A stretch of 64,000 nucleotides of DNA from Gammaproteobacteria bacterium (GTDB lineage Bacteria > Pseudomonadota > Gammaproteobacteria > DSM-19610). Below the pieces are notes generated by a model. The model had not been told where the DNA came from, ran no database searches, and saw only the letters and a list, made by a program, of their open reading frames with translations. The DNA is taken from positions 5,889 through 69,888 of the forward strand of contig JASFKW010000003.1 of NCBI GenBank assembly GCA_050118435.1, written 5' to 3'. Of this stretch, positions 10,161-20,929 are shown piece after piece. A program made the position numbers and the translations under genes. Within the stretch, counting starts at the first letter, position 1, and each line of letters starts with the position of its first letter.

Positions 10161-11656
10161 ACGGCGGAATGGCCCTGTTGCTGTTCGCCGCCGTGTTCCT
10201 GCTGCTGCTGGCCGGCTATCCGGTTGCCTTTACGCTGGCGGGCACCGCGCTCGGCTTCGCCTTCATGGGGGAATGGCTGGGTCTGTTCGATGCCGCCTTC
10301 CTGCAGGCCTTGCCGAATCGGCTGTACGGCATCATGACCAACGAAACCCTGGTTGCGGTGCCGCTGTTCGTGTTCATGGGGGTGACGCTGGAGCGCTCGC
10401 GGGTGGCCGAGAATCTGCTGGAAACCATGAGCGGCCTGTTCGGACGGTTGCGCGGCGGGCTCGGACTCTCGGTCACACTGGTCGGAATGCTGCTGGCCGC
10501 CAGCACCGGGATCGTGGGTGCCACCGTGGTGACCATGGGCCTGTTGTCACTGCCAACCATGCTGCGGCGCGGCTACGACCCCCGGGTGGCGACCGGGACC
10601 ATCTGCGCCTCGGGAACGCTCGGGCAGATCATCCCTCCGTCGATCGTGCTGGTGCTGCTCGGCGACGTGATGTCGGCCGCCTACCAGCAGGCCCAGCTCG
10701 ACCAGGGCATTTTTTCGCCCGAGACCGTGTCCGTCGGCGACCTGTTCGCGGGCGCCCTGCTGCCAGGCCTGCTGCTGGTGGCTCTGTATGTGGTGTATCT
10801 GCTGGCGGTCGCCGCGCTGCGGCCCGCGATGATGCCACCGCTGAATGCCGAAGACCGGCCGGAGCGCGGTCTGCTGGACATTGCCGCGGCCCTGCTGCCG
10901 CCCCTGGTGCTGATCGTCGCCGTGCTGGGCTCCATTCTCGGCGGGCTGGCCACCCCGACCGAGGCCGCCTCGGTCGGCGCCGTTGGCGCCCTGATTCTGG
11001 CGGCGTCTTATCGACAGATCAGCCTCTGGACTGTGCTGCGCGGCGCCCTCCTCAGAGCCCTGCTTGCGCCCGCGCGGCTGCTGTTTTTCTTGCCGCTGCA
11101 TCGACGGCTGAAAGACCGGCTGAGCGCACTCGAGGCGAGCGATAACAGTTTGAAAATCATGGCTTCCGTGGTGCGCAGCACCATGGAGGTGTCCAGTATG
11201 GTGTTTCTCATCCTGATCGGTGCATCGCTGTTCTCCCTGGTCTTCAGGGGGTTCGGCGGCGACGAGCTGGTCGAGACCGTGCTCACCGACCTGCCGGGGG
11301 GCGTGTTCGGTGCCGTGCTGGTGGTGATGCTGGTGATGTTCCTGCTGGGCTTCGTGCTGGACTTCATTGAAATCACTTTCGTGGTGGTCCCAATCGTGGG
11401 GCCGGTGCTGCTGGCCATGGGCCTGGATCCGGTGTGGCTGGGCATCATGATCGCGCTCAACCTCCAGACCTCGTTCCTCACGCCGCCGTTCGGCTTCGCG
11501 CTGTTCTACCTGCGCGGGGTGGCGCCGGAGAGCATCCGTACGCTCGACATCTACCGCGGCGTCGCCCCCTTCATCGCCATCCAGCTCGGCATGCTCGGGC
11601 TGTTGGCCCTGTGGCCGGCGCTGGCGACCTGGCTCCCGGGAATCATCTATCCGTAG
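10157..11656 (+). CDS. TRAP transporter large permease (DctM-type)
   Basis: In-frame ATG at 10157 (MNGGMALLLFAAVFLLLLAGYPVAF). Polytopic membrane protein with DctM-like ATPTEAASVGA and FLTPPFGFALFYLRG segments. Confidence 0.85.
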   Translation: MNGGMALLLFAAVFLLLLAGYPVAFTLAGTALGFAFMGEWLGLFDAAFLQALPNRLYGIMTNETLVAVPLFVFMGVTLERSRVAENLLETMSGLFGRLRGGLGLSVTLVGMLLAASTGIVGATVVTMGLLSLPTMLRRGYDPRVATGTICASGTLGQIIPPSIVLVLLGDVMSAAYQQAQLDQGIFSPETVSVGDLFAGALLPGLLLVALYVVYLLAVAALRPAMMPPLNAEDRPERGLLDIAAALLPPLVLIVAVLGSILGGLATPTEAASVGAVGALILAASYRQISLWTVLRGALLRALLAPARLLFFLPLHRRLKDRLSALEASDNSLKIMASVVRSTMEVSSMVFLILIGASLFSLVFRGFGGDELVETVLTDLPGGVFGAVLVVMLVMFLLGFVLDFIEITFVVVPIVGPVLLAMGLDPVWLGIMIALNLQTSFLTPPFGFALFYLRGVAPESIRTLDIYRGVAPFIAIQLGMLGLLALWPALATWLPGIIYP

Positions 11657-11678
11657 CCGGACTGAAATGCCAACCGTC

Positions 11679-12800
11679 TCAGGCGGAGCGTGCGTTCAGG
11701 TAGGCCCGCTGGGAGATGTTGCTCCACGGGACGGCCTGCTGCCGAAACACCTGGAACGAGTCGTAGACCCGTTTTGAGAGTGCGTCATTTTCCGCAATTT
11801 CCGCCACCACCTGCGCGGAGAGCTCGCGAAGCCGCTCCAGAACCGGTTCCGGCAGCTTGCGCAGCTCCACCCGGTGCTCGTCGACCAGGGTCTGCAGGGC
11901 CTGGTTGTTGCGCGCGATGTATTCGGCGTACATGTCCTGGTTGGCCACCCGCGCGGCGTTGCTGACGATGATCTGCAGCTCTTCCGGCAGGGCGTCGAAG
12001 GCGGCCTTGTTGACCATGCATTCGAGCGTGGTGCCGGGCTCATGCCAACCAGGGTAGTAGTAGTATCGGGCGGCCTTGTACAGACCGAACGCCAGGTCAT
12101 TGTAGGGACCGACCCACTCGGTGGCGTCGATGGCCCCGGACTGCAGCGCGGTGAACAGCTCGCCGCCCGGAAGGCTGACCGGCGTCCCTCCCGCACGTGC
12201 CAGCACCTCACCGCCCAGGCCGGGGATCCGCATCTTCAGACCCTGCAGGTCCTCCAGTGAGTCGATCTCGCGGTTGAACCATCCGGCCATCTGCACACCG
12301 GTGTTGCCGGCCGCCAGCGGGACCAGGCCAAAGGGCTCGTAGGTCTCGCGCCAGAGCTGCATTCCGCCACCGTGGTAGAGCCAGGCGTTCATTTCTTCGG
12401 CCGTCAGCCCGAACGGTACCGCGGAAAAAAACTGTGCCGCCTCACTCTTGCCCTTCCAGTAATAGGCGGAACCGTGGCCGAGCTCCGCGGTGCCCGCGGA
12501 GACGGCACCGAAGACTTCGAAGGCTGGCACCAGCTCACCCGCCCCATAGACCTTGACCCGGATGCGGCCGGCACTCATCCGCGTGATGAGGTCAGCGAGA
12601 AAGATGGCTCCGGTGCCCAGCCCGGGGAAATTCTTCGGCCAGGTCGTCACCATCTTCCAGTTGACCGGTTTGAAGGCGCGATCGCCGGCGCTGACCCGAT
12701 CCGCGGGAGCCGGTTTATCCGCCTTGCAGCCGGCTCCCAGCGCCGCGCCGGCCAGCAGTGCACCGCCCCCGAAGCGGCCCAGAAACTTTCTTCTTCGCAT
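11679..12800 (-). CDS. TRAP transporter substrate-binding protein (DctP/TakP-type) with a Tat-like signal
   Basis: Trimmed to ATG 12800 (MRRRKFLGRFGGGALLAGAALGAGC) with GGAGG 6 nt upstream. Convergent with the permease genes. Confidence 0.8.
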   Translation of the reverse strand: MRRRKFLGRFGGGALLAGAALGAGCKADKPAPADRVSAGDRAFKPVNWKMVTTWPKNFPGLGTGAIFLADLITRMSAGRIRVKVYGAGELVPAFEVFGAVSAGTAELGHGSAYYWKGKSEAAQFFSAVPFGLTAEEMNAWLYHGGGMQLWRETYEPFGLVPLAAGNTGVQMAGWFNREIDSLEDLQGLKMRIPGLGGEVLARAGGTPVSLPGGELFTALQSGAIDATEWVGPYNDLAFGLYKAARYYYYPGWHEPGTTLECMVNKAAFDALPEELQIIVSNAARVANQDMYAEYIARNNQALQTLVDEHRVELRKLPEPVLERLRELSAQVVAEIAENDALSKRVYDSFQVFRQQAVPWSNISQRAYLNARSA

Positions 12801-13028
12801 GAATCCTCCGCCACCTGGTCTGGACTGGAGCGGGTATTGTACGGGTTTCCTTGGCCTCGCGAACGCCGAAAACAACTGTTGCAATTTTCGAATGTTATGC
12901 CATTATGTTACTAAGCTTCTGTAAAAGTAGTTGTAGTGTCCTGCAATATAAAGAAATTTTTTCAGGTTAGGGCCTAGCAGTTTCGGAATAATCAGCAGCC
13001 GGACAGCTGCACCACCGGAGGGCACAAC

Positions 13029-15908
13029 ATGCTGGATGCACCCGAGCGCGTCGGCGCAAGATTTTCCATTCTACTCTTTCTCGGCTTCCTGCTGACACCC
13101 CTGGCGGGATTTGCCACCGCCATCCTGTTCGGGGTGCTGGAGCCCTGGCAGGTGCAGCAGCTGCTCGCCCGGGGACTGGTCCCCGCGTTTTCGGTTGCGC
13201 TGATTTTCTTCGCCCTGTTCCAGCACCAGCGTTTGATCACACCGCTGATCACCTGGGCCCTGCAGAATCCGGGCGGGGGCAACGCGCCCACTCACCTGCA
13301 CCGTCACCTGCATCGTTTCAGCCGCGATTTCTGGAGCCTGATGTCGGTGCACGCGCTGGTCAGCCCGGTGCTGGTCTTCTGGAGCCTCGACGGGGGCATC
13401 GACCGGAGCAACGCCGCCGCCTTTATGCACCTGCTGCTGCTCCAGGGACTGGCATCGGCGCTGATCGGCATGCCGGCCTACCTGTTCGGACTGCACCAGC
13501 TCGGCAAGCTGGCCGGACACCTGAGCCTGGATCGCATCCACGTCAGCCTCAAGTCGCGAATCCTGCTGCTCGCCGGCCTGGTGCCCCTGCTCTCCTACTC
13601 GCTGCTGGTGGAGTACCACTGGCTGCGCGCCGGTCAGCTGGACAGCGGCTATCTGATCACCTGGCTGGCGCTCGGCCTCATCACCACCCTGATCAGCCTG
13701 CTGTCCATTCACAGCATGCAGCAGGCGCTACGGCCCTTCGAGCAGCTGTTCAGCCGCAGCGGCGCTTCGACCCACCACGATCTCGCCAACCTGAGGGCGG
13801 CTTCCACGGACGAAATCGGCCACCTCACCCAGACGCTGGGCAAGGTATTCCAGCGCCTCGGCGATCAGGAAACGCACATGCGCGCCATTGTCGATACCGC
13901 GGCCGAGGGCATCATCGTGGTCGACGAGAAAGGCCGCATCGACACCTTCAATCCGGCGGCGGAACGCCTGTTCGGGTACCTGGCGCTGGAAATCCGCGGC
14001 CATCACCTCGCCTCCCTGCTCCCCAGCGTGTTCGAGGTCCGCACCTGCGTCGATCCGCACAGCGAAGAGCGCGAAGTCGAAGGCCTGCACCGCAACGGCT
14101 CGCGCATCCAGATCTCGCTTCGCGTTTCGGCCATGGAAATCAGCGGCAGGCGCATGTTTACCTGCCTGGTGGCCGACATCACCCAGCGTAAGGCGGCCGA
14201 GCGCGAGCTGCTGGCGGCGGAGGCCCGCTACCGGGCCCTGGTCGAGACCGCCCACGATCTGGTGTGGAGCGTGGACCCCGAGGGCCGCTGGAGCTACCTC
14301 AACTCGGCCTCGCGCATGGTCTACGGGCTCGAGCCCGAGGATATGATCGGGCGACCGGTGGCGGAATTCTGCCTGCCGGCCAACAGCGCCGCGGACCAGC
14401 GCGCCTTCCGCGGCCTGCTCGCCGGCCACGATCTCTACCAGTATGAGACGGTCCACCTGCACAACAACGGCACCCACCGCCACCTGAGCTTCAACGCCAA
14501 GGCCCACATGGACGCCAACGGCAAGCTGGTGCAGATCAGCGGCACCGCACGCGACATCACCGAGCAGAAGGCCTTCCACCAGCAGCTGACCTATCAGGCC
14601 GAGCACGACGCGCTGACCAAGCTTTTCAACCGGCACTATTTTCAGGAGGAGCTGGAGCGCACCGTGGCCCGGGTGTCGCGCAGCCCGGAAGCGACCTGCG
14701 CGCTGTTCTACATCGACCTGGATCAGTTCAAGTACATCAACGACACCCTGGGTCACGCCGCCGGTGACCGGCTGCTGGTGGAAATCACCCAGCTTCTGCT
14801 CAAGCACGTCCGCGACGGCGACCTTCTGGCCCGCTTCGGCGGCGACGAGTTCACCCTGCTGCTCTACAACATCCGTCCGGCCGATGTGATGCTGGCGGCC
14901 GAAAACTTCCGGGAGCTGTTCGAGAATTACACTTTTGTCCAGGATGCCAAGAGCTTCAACATCAGCTGCAGCATTGGCGCCTCGGTGATCGACAGCCTGG
15001 TGCACTCGGCGCAGGAGGCGCTCTCGCACGCCGATCTGGCCTGCAACATGGCCAAGGCCCAGGGCCGCAACCGCGCCAATCTCTACGACCCCACGGACCG
15101 CAACAAGGCCGGCATGGCCGAGGACATGGGTTGGGCCGCCCGGGTGCGGGAAATGCTGGAGCACGACCGCTTCCAGCTCGCCTACCAGCCGATCATGCTG
15201 CTCAGCGACGACCAGGTGCACGACTACGAGGTGCTGGTGCGTATGATCTGCGACGACGGCGAAATCATCCTTCCCGGTGGCTTCATGCCGGCGGCGGAGC
15301 GCTTCGGCCTGATTCACAGCGTCGACCGCTGGATCGTGCGTCGTGCCCTGACCCACCTGGACCGCCTGCACCAGCAGGGCGAGGTGGTGCGCTTCTCCAT
15401 CAACCTGTCGGGCAAGGCGTTCGAAGACAAGGCCCTGCTGCCGATGATCCGAGAGCTGCTCGACGATTCGGCCATCGATCCGTCGCGCGTGTGCTTCGAA
15501 ATCACCGAAACCGCGGCGATCGCCAAGCTTTCCGAGGCGGAGCAGTTCATCACCGCGCTCAAGAACATGGGCTGTCAGTTCGCCCTGGACGACTTCGGCG
15601 CCGGTTTCTCTTCCTTCGCCTACCTCAAGCACCTGCCAGTTGACAAGCTCAAGATCGACGGCGCCTTCGTACAGGGCATGGCGAGCAGTCAGATCGATCA
15701 GGCGATGGTGCAGTCCATGAACCAGGTCGCCCACGCGCTGGGCAAGCTGACCATCGCCGAATACGTCCAGGACCGGACCACGCTGGAGCTGCTGCGCGAG
15801 TACGGCGTCGATTACGCCCAGGGCAACTACATCGGCAAGCCCCGCGAGGCGCTAATGAGCATCCCCCGCCTGCCTAGCGCGCGCCTGCAGGCGGCCGTCC
15901 CGCGCTGA
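13029..15908 (+). CDS. membrane sensor with PAS domains plus GGDEF and EAL domains (c-di-GMP turnover)
   Basis: 959 aa. N-terminal multi-TM region, two PAS-like blocks, GGDEF (RFGGDEFTLL), EAL-domain motifs (YEVLVRM, DDFGAGFSS). Confidence 0.9.
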   Translation: MLDAPERVGARFSILLFLGFLLTPLAGFATAILFGVLEPWQVQQLLARGLVPAFSVALIFFALFQHQRLITPLITWALQNPGGGNAPTHLHRHLHRFSRDFWSLMSVHALVSPVLVFWSLDGGIDRSNAAAFMHLLLLQGLASALIGMPAYLFGLHQLGKLAGHLSLDRIHVSLKSRILLLAGLVPLLSYSLLVEYHWLRAGQLDSGYLITWLALGLITTLISLLSIHSMQQALRPFEQLFSRSGASTHHDLANLRAASTDEIGHLTQTLGKVFQRLGDQETHMRAIVDTAAEGIIVVDEKGRIDTFNPAAERLFGYLALEIRGHHLASLLPSVFEVRTCVDPHSEEREVEGLHRNGSRIQISLRVSAMEISGRRMFTCLVADITQRKAAERELLAAEARYRALVETAHDLVWSVDPEGRWSYLNSASRMVYGLEPEDMIGRPVAEFCLPANSAADQRAFRGLLAGHDLYQYETVHLHNNGTHRHLSFNAKAHMDANGKLVQISGTARDITEQKAFHQQLTYQAEHDALTKLFNRHYFQEELERTVARVSRSPEATCALFYIDLDQFKYINDTLGHAAGDRLLVEITQLLLKHVRDGDLLARFGGDEFTLLLYNIRPADVMLAAENFRELFENYTFVQDAKSFNISCSIGASVIDSLVHSAQEALSHADLACNMAKAQGRNRANLYDPTDRNKAGMAEDMGWAARVREMLEHDRFQLAYQPIMLLSDDQVHDYEVLVRMICDDGEIILPGGFMPAAERFGLIHSVDRWIVRRALTHLDRLHQQGEVVRFSINLSGKAFEDKALLPMIRELLDDSAIDPSRVCFEITETAAIAKLSEAEQFITALKNMGCQFALDDFGAGFSSFAYLKHLPVDKLKIDGAFVQGMASSQIDQAMVQSMNQVAHALGKLTIAEYVQDRTTLELLREYGVDYAQGNYIGKPREALMSIPRLPSARLQAAVPR

Positions 15909-15957
15909 AGCCGGCCCCGGCTATCTGCCGGGTCGGACGGCATAGTATCATCGCGCC

Positions 15958-17139
15958 ATGATCAGCTCGATTCGGGAGTTTCTGAGGCAGGAAAGCGCCG
16001 GCGGAGTACTGCTGGTCATTGCCTCGGTCTTCGCACTGATCTTCGCCAACTCACCCCTTGCCAGCCTTTACGACACGCTGCTCGACATCCCGGTCGCGAT
16101 CCGCTTCGGCGCCTTCGAAATCGCCAAGCCGCTGCTGCTTTGGATCAATGACGGCCTCATGGCCATCTTTTTCTTCCTCGTGGGCCTGGAGCTGAAGCGC
16201 GAGTTCATCGAGGGCGAGCTCTCGGATGCGCAGAAGATCAGCCTGCCTGCGCTAGGCGCGGTCGGCGGCATGGCGCTGCCGGCGGGCATCTATCTCCTGT
16301 TGAACGCGGACGACCCGCTGGCGATGAGCGGCTGGGCGATTCCGGCGGCCACCGACATCGCCTTCGCCCTGGGCATCCTGGCCCTGCTGGGCGAGCGCGT
16401 GCCCACCCAGCTGAAGGTTTTTCTGGTCTCGCTGGCGATCTTCGACGACATGGGCGCCATCATCATCATCGCCCTGTTCTACACCAGCGATCTGTCGGTC
16501 TCGGCGCTGTCGGTCGCCGGCGCCTGCATCCTGGTGCTGGCATTCCTCAGCCGCCGTCGCGTGACCGCCCTGAGCTTCTATATCATCGTCGGGCTGGTAA
16601 TGTGGGCATCGGTGCTGAAATCCGGCGTGCACGCCACCCTGGCCGGCGTGATTCTGGCGGTTTTCATTCCCATCCGGGAGGATCAGGAGACCGGCCGTTC
16701 ACCCCTGCGCGAGCTCGAGCACGACCTCCACGGCAGCGTAGCCTTCCTGATACTGCCCCTGTTCGCCTTCGCCAACGCCGGCCTCTCCCTTCAGGGGCTG
16801 ACCCTCTCGCAGCTGACCGCCCCGGTGCCGCTCGGCATCGCGGCCGGACTGTTCTTCGGCAAGCAGTTGGGGGTGTTCGGCCTGTGCTGGCTCGGCATCC
16901 GGCTGGGCATCGCCAAGCTCCCCCAGGGGGTCAGCTGGAGTCAGCTCTACGGCGTAGCCATCCTGTGCGGGATCGGTTTCACCATGAGCCTGTTCATCGG
17001 CTCGCTGGCCTTCGAGGAGGCCAACTCGCCTTATCTCTACCAGGATCGCCTGGGCATCATCACCGGCTCCGTCCTGTCGGCCGTGTTCGGTTATCTGTGG
17101 TTGCGCCGCGCCCTTGCAGGTCCGGCATCCGGCGGCTGA
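15958..17139 (+). CDS. nhaA: Na+/H+ antiporter NhaA
   Basis: 393 aa. Motifs WINDGLMAIFFFLVGLELKRE and AIFDDMGAIIIIALFYT. Confidence 0.9.
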   Translation: MISSIREFLRQESAGGVLLVIASVFALIFANSPLASLYDTLLDIPVAIRFGAFEIAKPLLLWINDGLMAIFFFLVGLELKREFIEGELSDAQKISLPALGAVGGMALPAGIYLLLNADDPLAMSGWAIPAATDIAFALGILALLGERVPTQLKVFLVSLAIFDDMGAIIIIALFYTSDLSVSALSVAGACILVLAFLSRRRVTALSFYIIVGLVMWASVLKSGVHATLAGVILAVFIPIREDQETGRSPLRELEHDLHGSVAFLILPLFAFANAGLSLQGLTLSQLTAPVPLGIAAGLFFGKQLGVFGLCWLGIRLGIAKLPQGVSWSQLYGVAILCGIGFTMSLFIGSLAFEEANSPYLYQDRLGIITGSVLSAVFGYLWLRRALAGPASGG

Positions 17140-17145
17140 AACGCC

Positions 17146-19311
17146 TCATACCGGCTGCAGGTTGGCGTAGGAAACCACCAGCCACTTCGGGCCGGCGCTT
17201 TCGAAGTTCACCTGCACACGGGCGTGGGCCCCCTGCCCTTCGTAGCCCAGCACCACGCCCGCACCGAATTTGGCGTGCCGGACCCGCTGGCCCAGGTGCA
17301 ACCCCTCGGGCTCGGAAACAAAGGACGACGCCGGGGGCGTGCCCGCAAAAGGACGGGTGACCTGGATGCGCGGGCGAAGCTCCTGGATCAGTTCGGCCGG
17401 AATCTCGTTGATGAAGCGCGAAGGCACACAGTAGGCCTCGCGCCCGTGCAGACGCCGGTGCTCGGCATAGCTGAGGCACAGGCGCTTGCAGGCACGGGTG
17501 ATACCCACGTAGCACAGGCGTCGCTCCTCTTCGAGCCGCCCCGGCTCTTCCACCGACAGCTGGTGCGGGAACAGGCCCTCCTCCAGGCCGCAGAGATACA
17601 CGCTGTCGAACTCCAGGCCCTTGGCGGAGTGCAACGTCATGAGCTGCACGCAGTCCTCCCAGCCCTGGCCCTGCCCTTCACCGGCCTCCAGCGCCGCATG
17701 AGAGAGAAAGGATGAAAGGACGTCCGGGGCCTCGTCCTCCCGCTCGGCATGAGCGTACTCGCGCGCCGCATTCACCAGCTCGTCCAGGTTCTCCAGACGC
17801 GCCTGCCCCCGCTCGCCCTTCTCTTTCAGATAGTGCTCCCGCAGGCCGCTGGCCTGCACAATGTGCTCGACCCGCTCCTGCAGCGGCAACCCATCGATGC
17901 CCGCGGCCTGCTGCCCGATGAGCTCGAGAAACGCGGCCAGCGCGTTGCGGGCGCGCGCATTGAGCTCGCCGCCCGTGAGCAGTGCCCGGGCCGCCGTCCA
18001 CAGCGAGACCCCCTCCAGACGCGCCCGCTCGCGCACCACGCCGAGGGTCCGCTCGCCGATGCCGCGCGGCGGCTGGTTGACGATGCGATCGAAGGAGGCG
18101 TCGTCCTCACGGTTCTGGCTGAGTCTGAGATAGGCAAGCGCGTCCTTGATCTCCTGGCGCTCGAAAAACCGCAGGCCGCCGTAGACGCGGTAAGCAATCC
18201 CCGCCTGCAACAGCCGTTCCTCGAACACCCGCGACTGGGCATTGGAACGGTACAGAATGGCGATGTCGCTGCGCGCCTCACCCCGGTCGATCTCGGCCTG
18301 GATCCGCTCGACAACGAAGCGGGCCTCGTCCTGCTCATTGATCGCCGCATAGAGATCGACCGGCTCGCCCTCCTCCCCTGCCGTCCACAGGTTCTTGCCA
18401 AGGCGGGCGTCGTTTCGCGCGATCAGCGCATTGGCCGCCTTGAGAATGGCGCCCGTGGAACGGAAGTTCTGCTCCAGGCGCAGGGTGCGCGCGCGCGGAA
18501 AATCGCTCGCGAAGCGATGCAGATTTTCGATCCTGGCGCCGCGCCAGCCGTAGATCGACTGGTCGTCGTCACCGACAATGGTGATCCGCGCGCGGTCACC
18601 GGACAGCACCCGCAGCCAGGCGTACTGAATGCTGTTGGTGTCCTGGAACTCATCGACCAGAATATGCTGGAAGCGCTGCTGGTAGTGCGCCAGCAGCTCC
18701 GGGCGCTGCAGCCACAGCTCGTGGGCGCGCAACAGCAGATCGGCGAAATCGACCAGTCCGGAGCGCTGGCAGAGCTCTTCATAGGCCTGGTAGATTGCAG
18801 TCTGCTGGCGCTCCCGGGGATCGCCCCGGTGCTCGATGTGCTCGGGACGCAGACCCTCGTCCTTGCGCGCATTGATGAACCACTGCACCTGTCGGGGCGG
18901 CCAGCGGCTCTCGTCCAGGTCGAGCGCCCTGAGCACCCGGCGAACGATGCGGTACTGATCATCCGCGTCCAGCACCTGGAAGCTCTGCGGGAGACCCGCC
19001 TCCTGCCAGTGCAGTCGCAGCAGGCGATGGGCCAGACCGTGGAAGGTACCCACCCACATGCCCCGCGTCGGCATGCCGATGAGCTCCTCGATGCGCGAGC
19101 GCATTTCCCCGGCGGCCTTGTTGGTGAAGGTCACCGCGAGGATTCCGTAAGGCGACACGCCATCGACCTGGATCAACCAGGCCACGCGGTGCACCAGGAC
19201 GCGGGTCTTGCCGCTACCCGCCCCCGCCAGCACCAGCAACGGCGTCTGATCCGCCGTGACGGCCTCCCGCTGGGCATCGTTGAGTGGATCGATGATGTAG
19301 GAAACATCCAT
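17146..19311 (-). CDS. uvrD: DNA helicase II UvrD
   Basis: 721 aa. N-terminus MDVSYIIDPLNDAQREAV...AGAGSGKTRVLVHRVAWL closely resembles E. coli UvrD. Also DEFQDT and TLHSAKGLEF. Confidence 0.9.
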   Translation of the reverse strand: MDVSYIIDPLNDAQREAVTADQTPLLVLAGAGSGKTRVLVHRVAWLIQVDGVSPYGILAVTFTNKAAGEMRSRIEELIGMPTRGMWVGTFHGLAHRLLRLHWQEAGLPQSFQVLDADDQYRIVRRVLRALDLDESRWPPRQVQWFINARKDEGLRPEHIEHRGDPRERQQTAIYQAYEELCQRSGLVDFADLLLRAHELWLQRPELLAHYQQRFQHILVDEFQDTNSIQYAWLRVLSGDRARITIVGDDDQSIYGWRGARIENLHRFASDFPRARTLRLEQNFRSTGAILKAANALIARNDARLGKNLWTAGEEGEPVDLYAAINEQDEARFVVERIQAEIDRGEARSDIAILYRSNAQSRVFEERLLQAGIAYRVYGGLRFFERQEIKDALAYLRLSQNREDDASFDRIVNQPPRGIGERTLGVVRERARLEGVSLWTAARALLTGGELNARARNALAAFLELIGQQAAGIDGLPLQERVEHIVQASGLREHYLKEKGERGQARLENLDELVNAAREYAHAEREDEAPDVLSSFLSHAALEAGEGQGQGWEDCVQLMTLHSAKGLEFDSVYLCGLEEGLFPHQLSVEEPGRLEEERRLCYVGITRACKRLCLSYAEHRRLHGREAYCVPSRFINEIPAELIQELRPRIQVTRPFAGTPPASSFVSEPEGLHLGQRVRHAKFGAGVVLGYEGQGAHARVQVNFESAGPKWLVVSYANLQPV

Positions 19312-19442
19312 CCGCGCATTCTAACAAAGCGCTGCGGAACATCCGGAAAAAATGCCTGCCTGGAGCCCCGGGCCACCGCCGGCGGGTCGTTGCGCACTGC
19401 GCCCGCCGACCGGCCGCTGCCCGGAAAGTGTAAAATGGGCAG

Positions 19443-20231
19443 ATGCATGCCATTGCACAGCCTGACAGCGCAGGCACGCCGGGCCTCCTGGTCTCTGACC
19501 CCGCCGGGGACGGACGGGCCGCGGCGCTCGAGAGTCGGTTTGGCTTCGCCCGGCTGACTGCCCCGCCCCGCTGCGGCTTCTACCTGGAGCTGGCCGCAGT
19601 CGGCCTGCAACTGCGCCAGGCAGGCCCGGGCGCGCCGGGGCCGATCCGGACCGATTTCCTCTCCGGCGCCCTCGCCCACCGGCTGCGCTACGGCGGCGGT
19701 CGCGGACAGCCCCTGGCGCGGGCGGTTGGCATGAAGCCCGGTTTCAGCCCGAGTATCTGGGATGCGACCGCCGGGCTGGCCCGCGACGCCCTGGTGCTGG
19801 CGAGCCTGGGCAGCCGGGTAACGTTGTGCGAACGCGCGCCGGTACTGGCGGCACTGCTGGAGGACGCCCTGCAGCGGGCCTCAGGGGACACACGGGCCGG
19901 GCCCTGGCTCGGGCGCATGCATGTTTGCTTCGCCGACTCGGTCGAGGCGCTGGCGGCGCTGCCGGCCGTTGAACACCCCGATGTGGTCTACCTGGACCCC
20001 ATGTATCCCCCAGGCAAAGCCGGTGTCCTGGTGAAGAAGGAAATGCGCACCCTGCAGCTGCTGCTGGGCGCAGACCGGGATTCCGCCGATCTGCTGGAGG
20101 CCGGGCTGGCAACCGCGGCCCGCCGGGTCGTGGTCAAACGGCCGCGGCGCGCCGGCTGGCTGGCGCAAAAGCCCCCCTCCGCCAGCATCGAGAGCAGGAA
20201 CACCCGCTACGACCTGTACGTGACCCTGTGA
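19443..20231 (+). CDS. rsmJ: 16S rRNA (guanine1516-N2)-methyltransferase RsmJ
   Basis: 262 aa. DATAGLARDALVLASLG SAM-binding block and DVVYLDPMYP. Confidence 0.8.
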   Translation: MHAIAQPDSAGTPGLLVSDPAGDGRAAALESRFGFARLTAPPRCGFYLELAAVGLQLRQAGPGAPGPIRTDFLSGALAHRLRYGGGRGQPLARAVGMKPGFSPSIWDATAGLARDALVLASLGSRVTLCERAPVLAALLEDALQRASGDTRAGPWLGRMHVCFADSVEALAALPAVEHPDVVYLDPMYPPGKAGVLVKKEMRTLQLLLGADRDSADLLEAGLATAARRVVVKRPRRAGWLAQKPPSASIESRNTRYDLYVTL

Positions 20232-20239
20232 GCCTGGCC

Positions 20240-20683
20240 ATGAGCAAGGAGCCTTTCTGGGAGACCACGCCGCTGGAGGCGCTGACCGAAGAGCAGTGGG
20301 AAGCGCTGTGCGACGGCTGCGGGCGCTGCTGCCTGACCAAAATCGAGGACCAGGACAGCGGCAACCTGTTTTATACGAACGTAGTCTGCCGGTTTCATGA
20401 CAGCGAGCGAGGTCGCTGCACCCGCTACACCGAACGCTCGAAGCTGGTGCCGGACTGTATCAAGGTGACGCCGCAGGTGGCGCGCGAGGAAAAATGGCTG
20501 CCCGGCACCTGCGCCTACCGGCTGCTCGCCGAAGGCAAGCCGCTGCCTGAGTGGCACCCCCTCGTCAGCGGCGACCGCGACAGCGTCCGCCGGGCGGGCA
20601 TTTCGGTCCGCGGCAAGGTGATCTCGGAGCGTTACGTCCATCCCGAAGAGCTCGTGGAGCACCTGGTGCACTGGTTCGATTGA
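20240..20683 (+). CDS. ycgN: YcgN-family (UPF0260) cysteine-cluster protein
   Basis: MSKEPFWETTPLEALTEEQWEALCDGCGRCCL. An alternative GTG at 20228 overlaps the rsmJ stop. Confidence 0.7.
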   Translation: MSKEPFWETTPLEALTEEQWEALCDGCGRCCLTKIEDQDSGNLFYTNVVCRFHDSERGRCTRYTERSKLVPDCIKVTPQVAREEKWLPGTCAYRLLAEGKPLPEWHPLVSGDRDSVRRAGISVRGKVISERYVHPEELVEHLVHWFD

Positions 20684-20929
20684 TCGTGGCCGATGGCTTC
20701 CGGGCGCGCCGACCAAAGACTGGGCGCATCTTTCCAAGGCATTGATTGTTTACTCTATTTCTATAATCCCGTGCTCGATTCAAGCGGCTCGGAGCAGGGT
20801 ATTCGCCAGATGCCTGGACGCTGGGTCGAGCGCGTTGCCGTCATGGGTCGTCGCGACCTGCCGGCGGGGTTCATCTGTGCCTGGCAACGCCGAACGGCAC
20901 TGCGGCGCTGCAGGCGCAGCAGAACCGTG

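Noticed and set aside
10980-11190. The DctM-type permease seems to carry about 40 extra residues (WTVLRGALLRALLAPARLLFFLPLHRRLKDRLSALEASDNSLKIMA) compared with the DctM proteins I remember. Its binding-protein gene is convergent rather than co-oriented.
   Set aside because: I cannot verify this without an alignment. The TakP-type TRAP subfamily may normally have this length. It is not evidently unusual.
20742-20767. A consensus TATAAT (20762..20767) with TTGATT upstream, in the ycgN-yaiI spacer. Possible orphan promoter or sRNA.
   Set aside because: The spacer between the hexamers is only 14 nt. There is no TG extension, no downstream plus-strand gene and no terminator. The evidence is insufficient.
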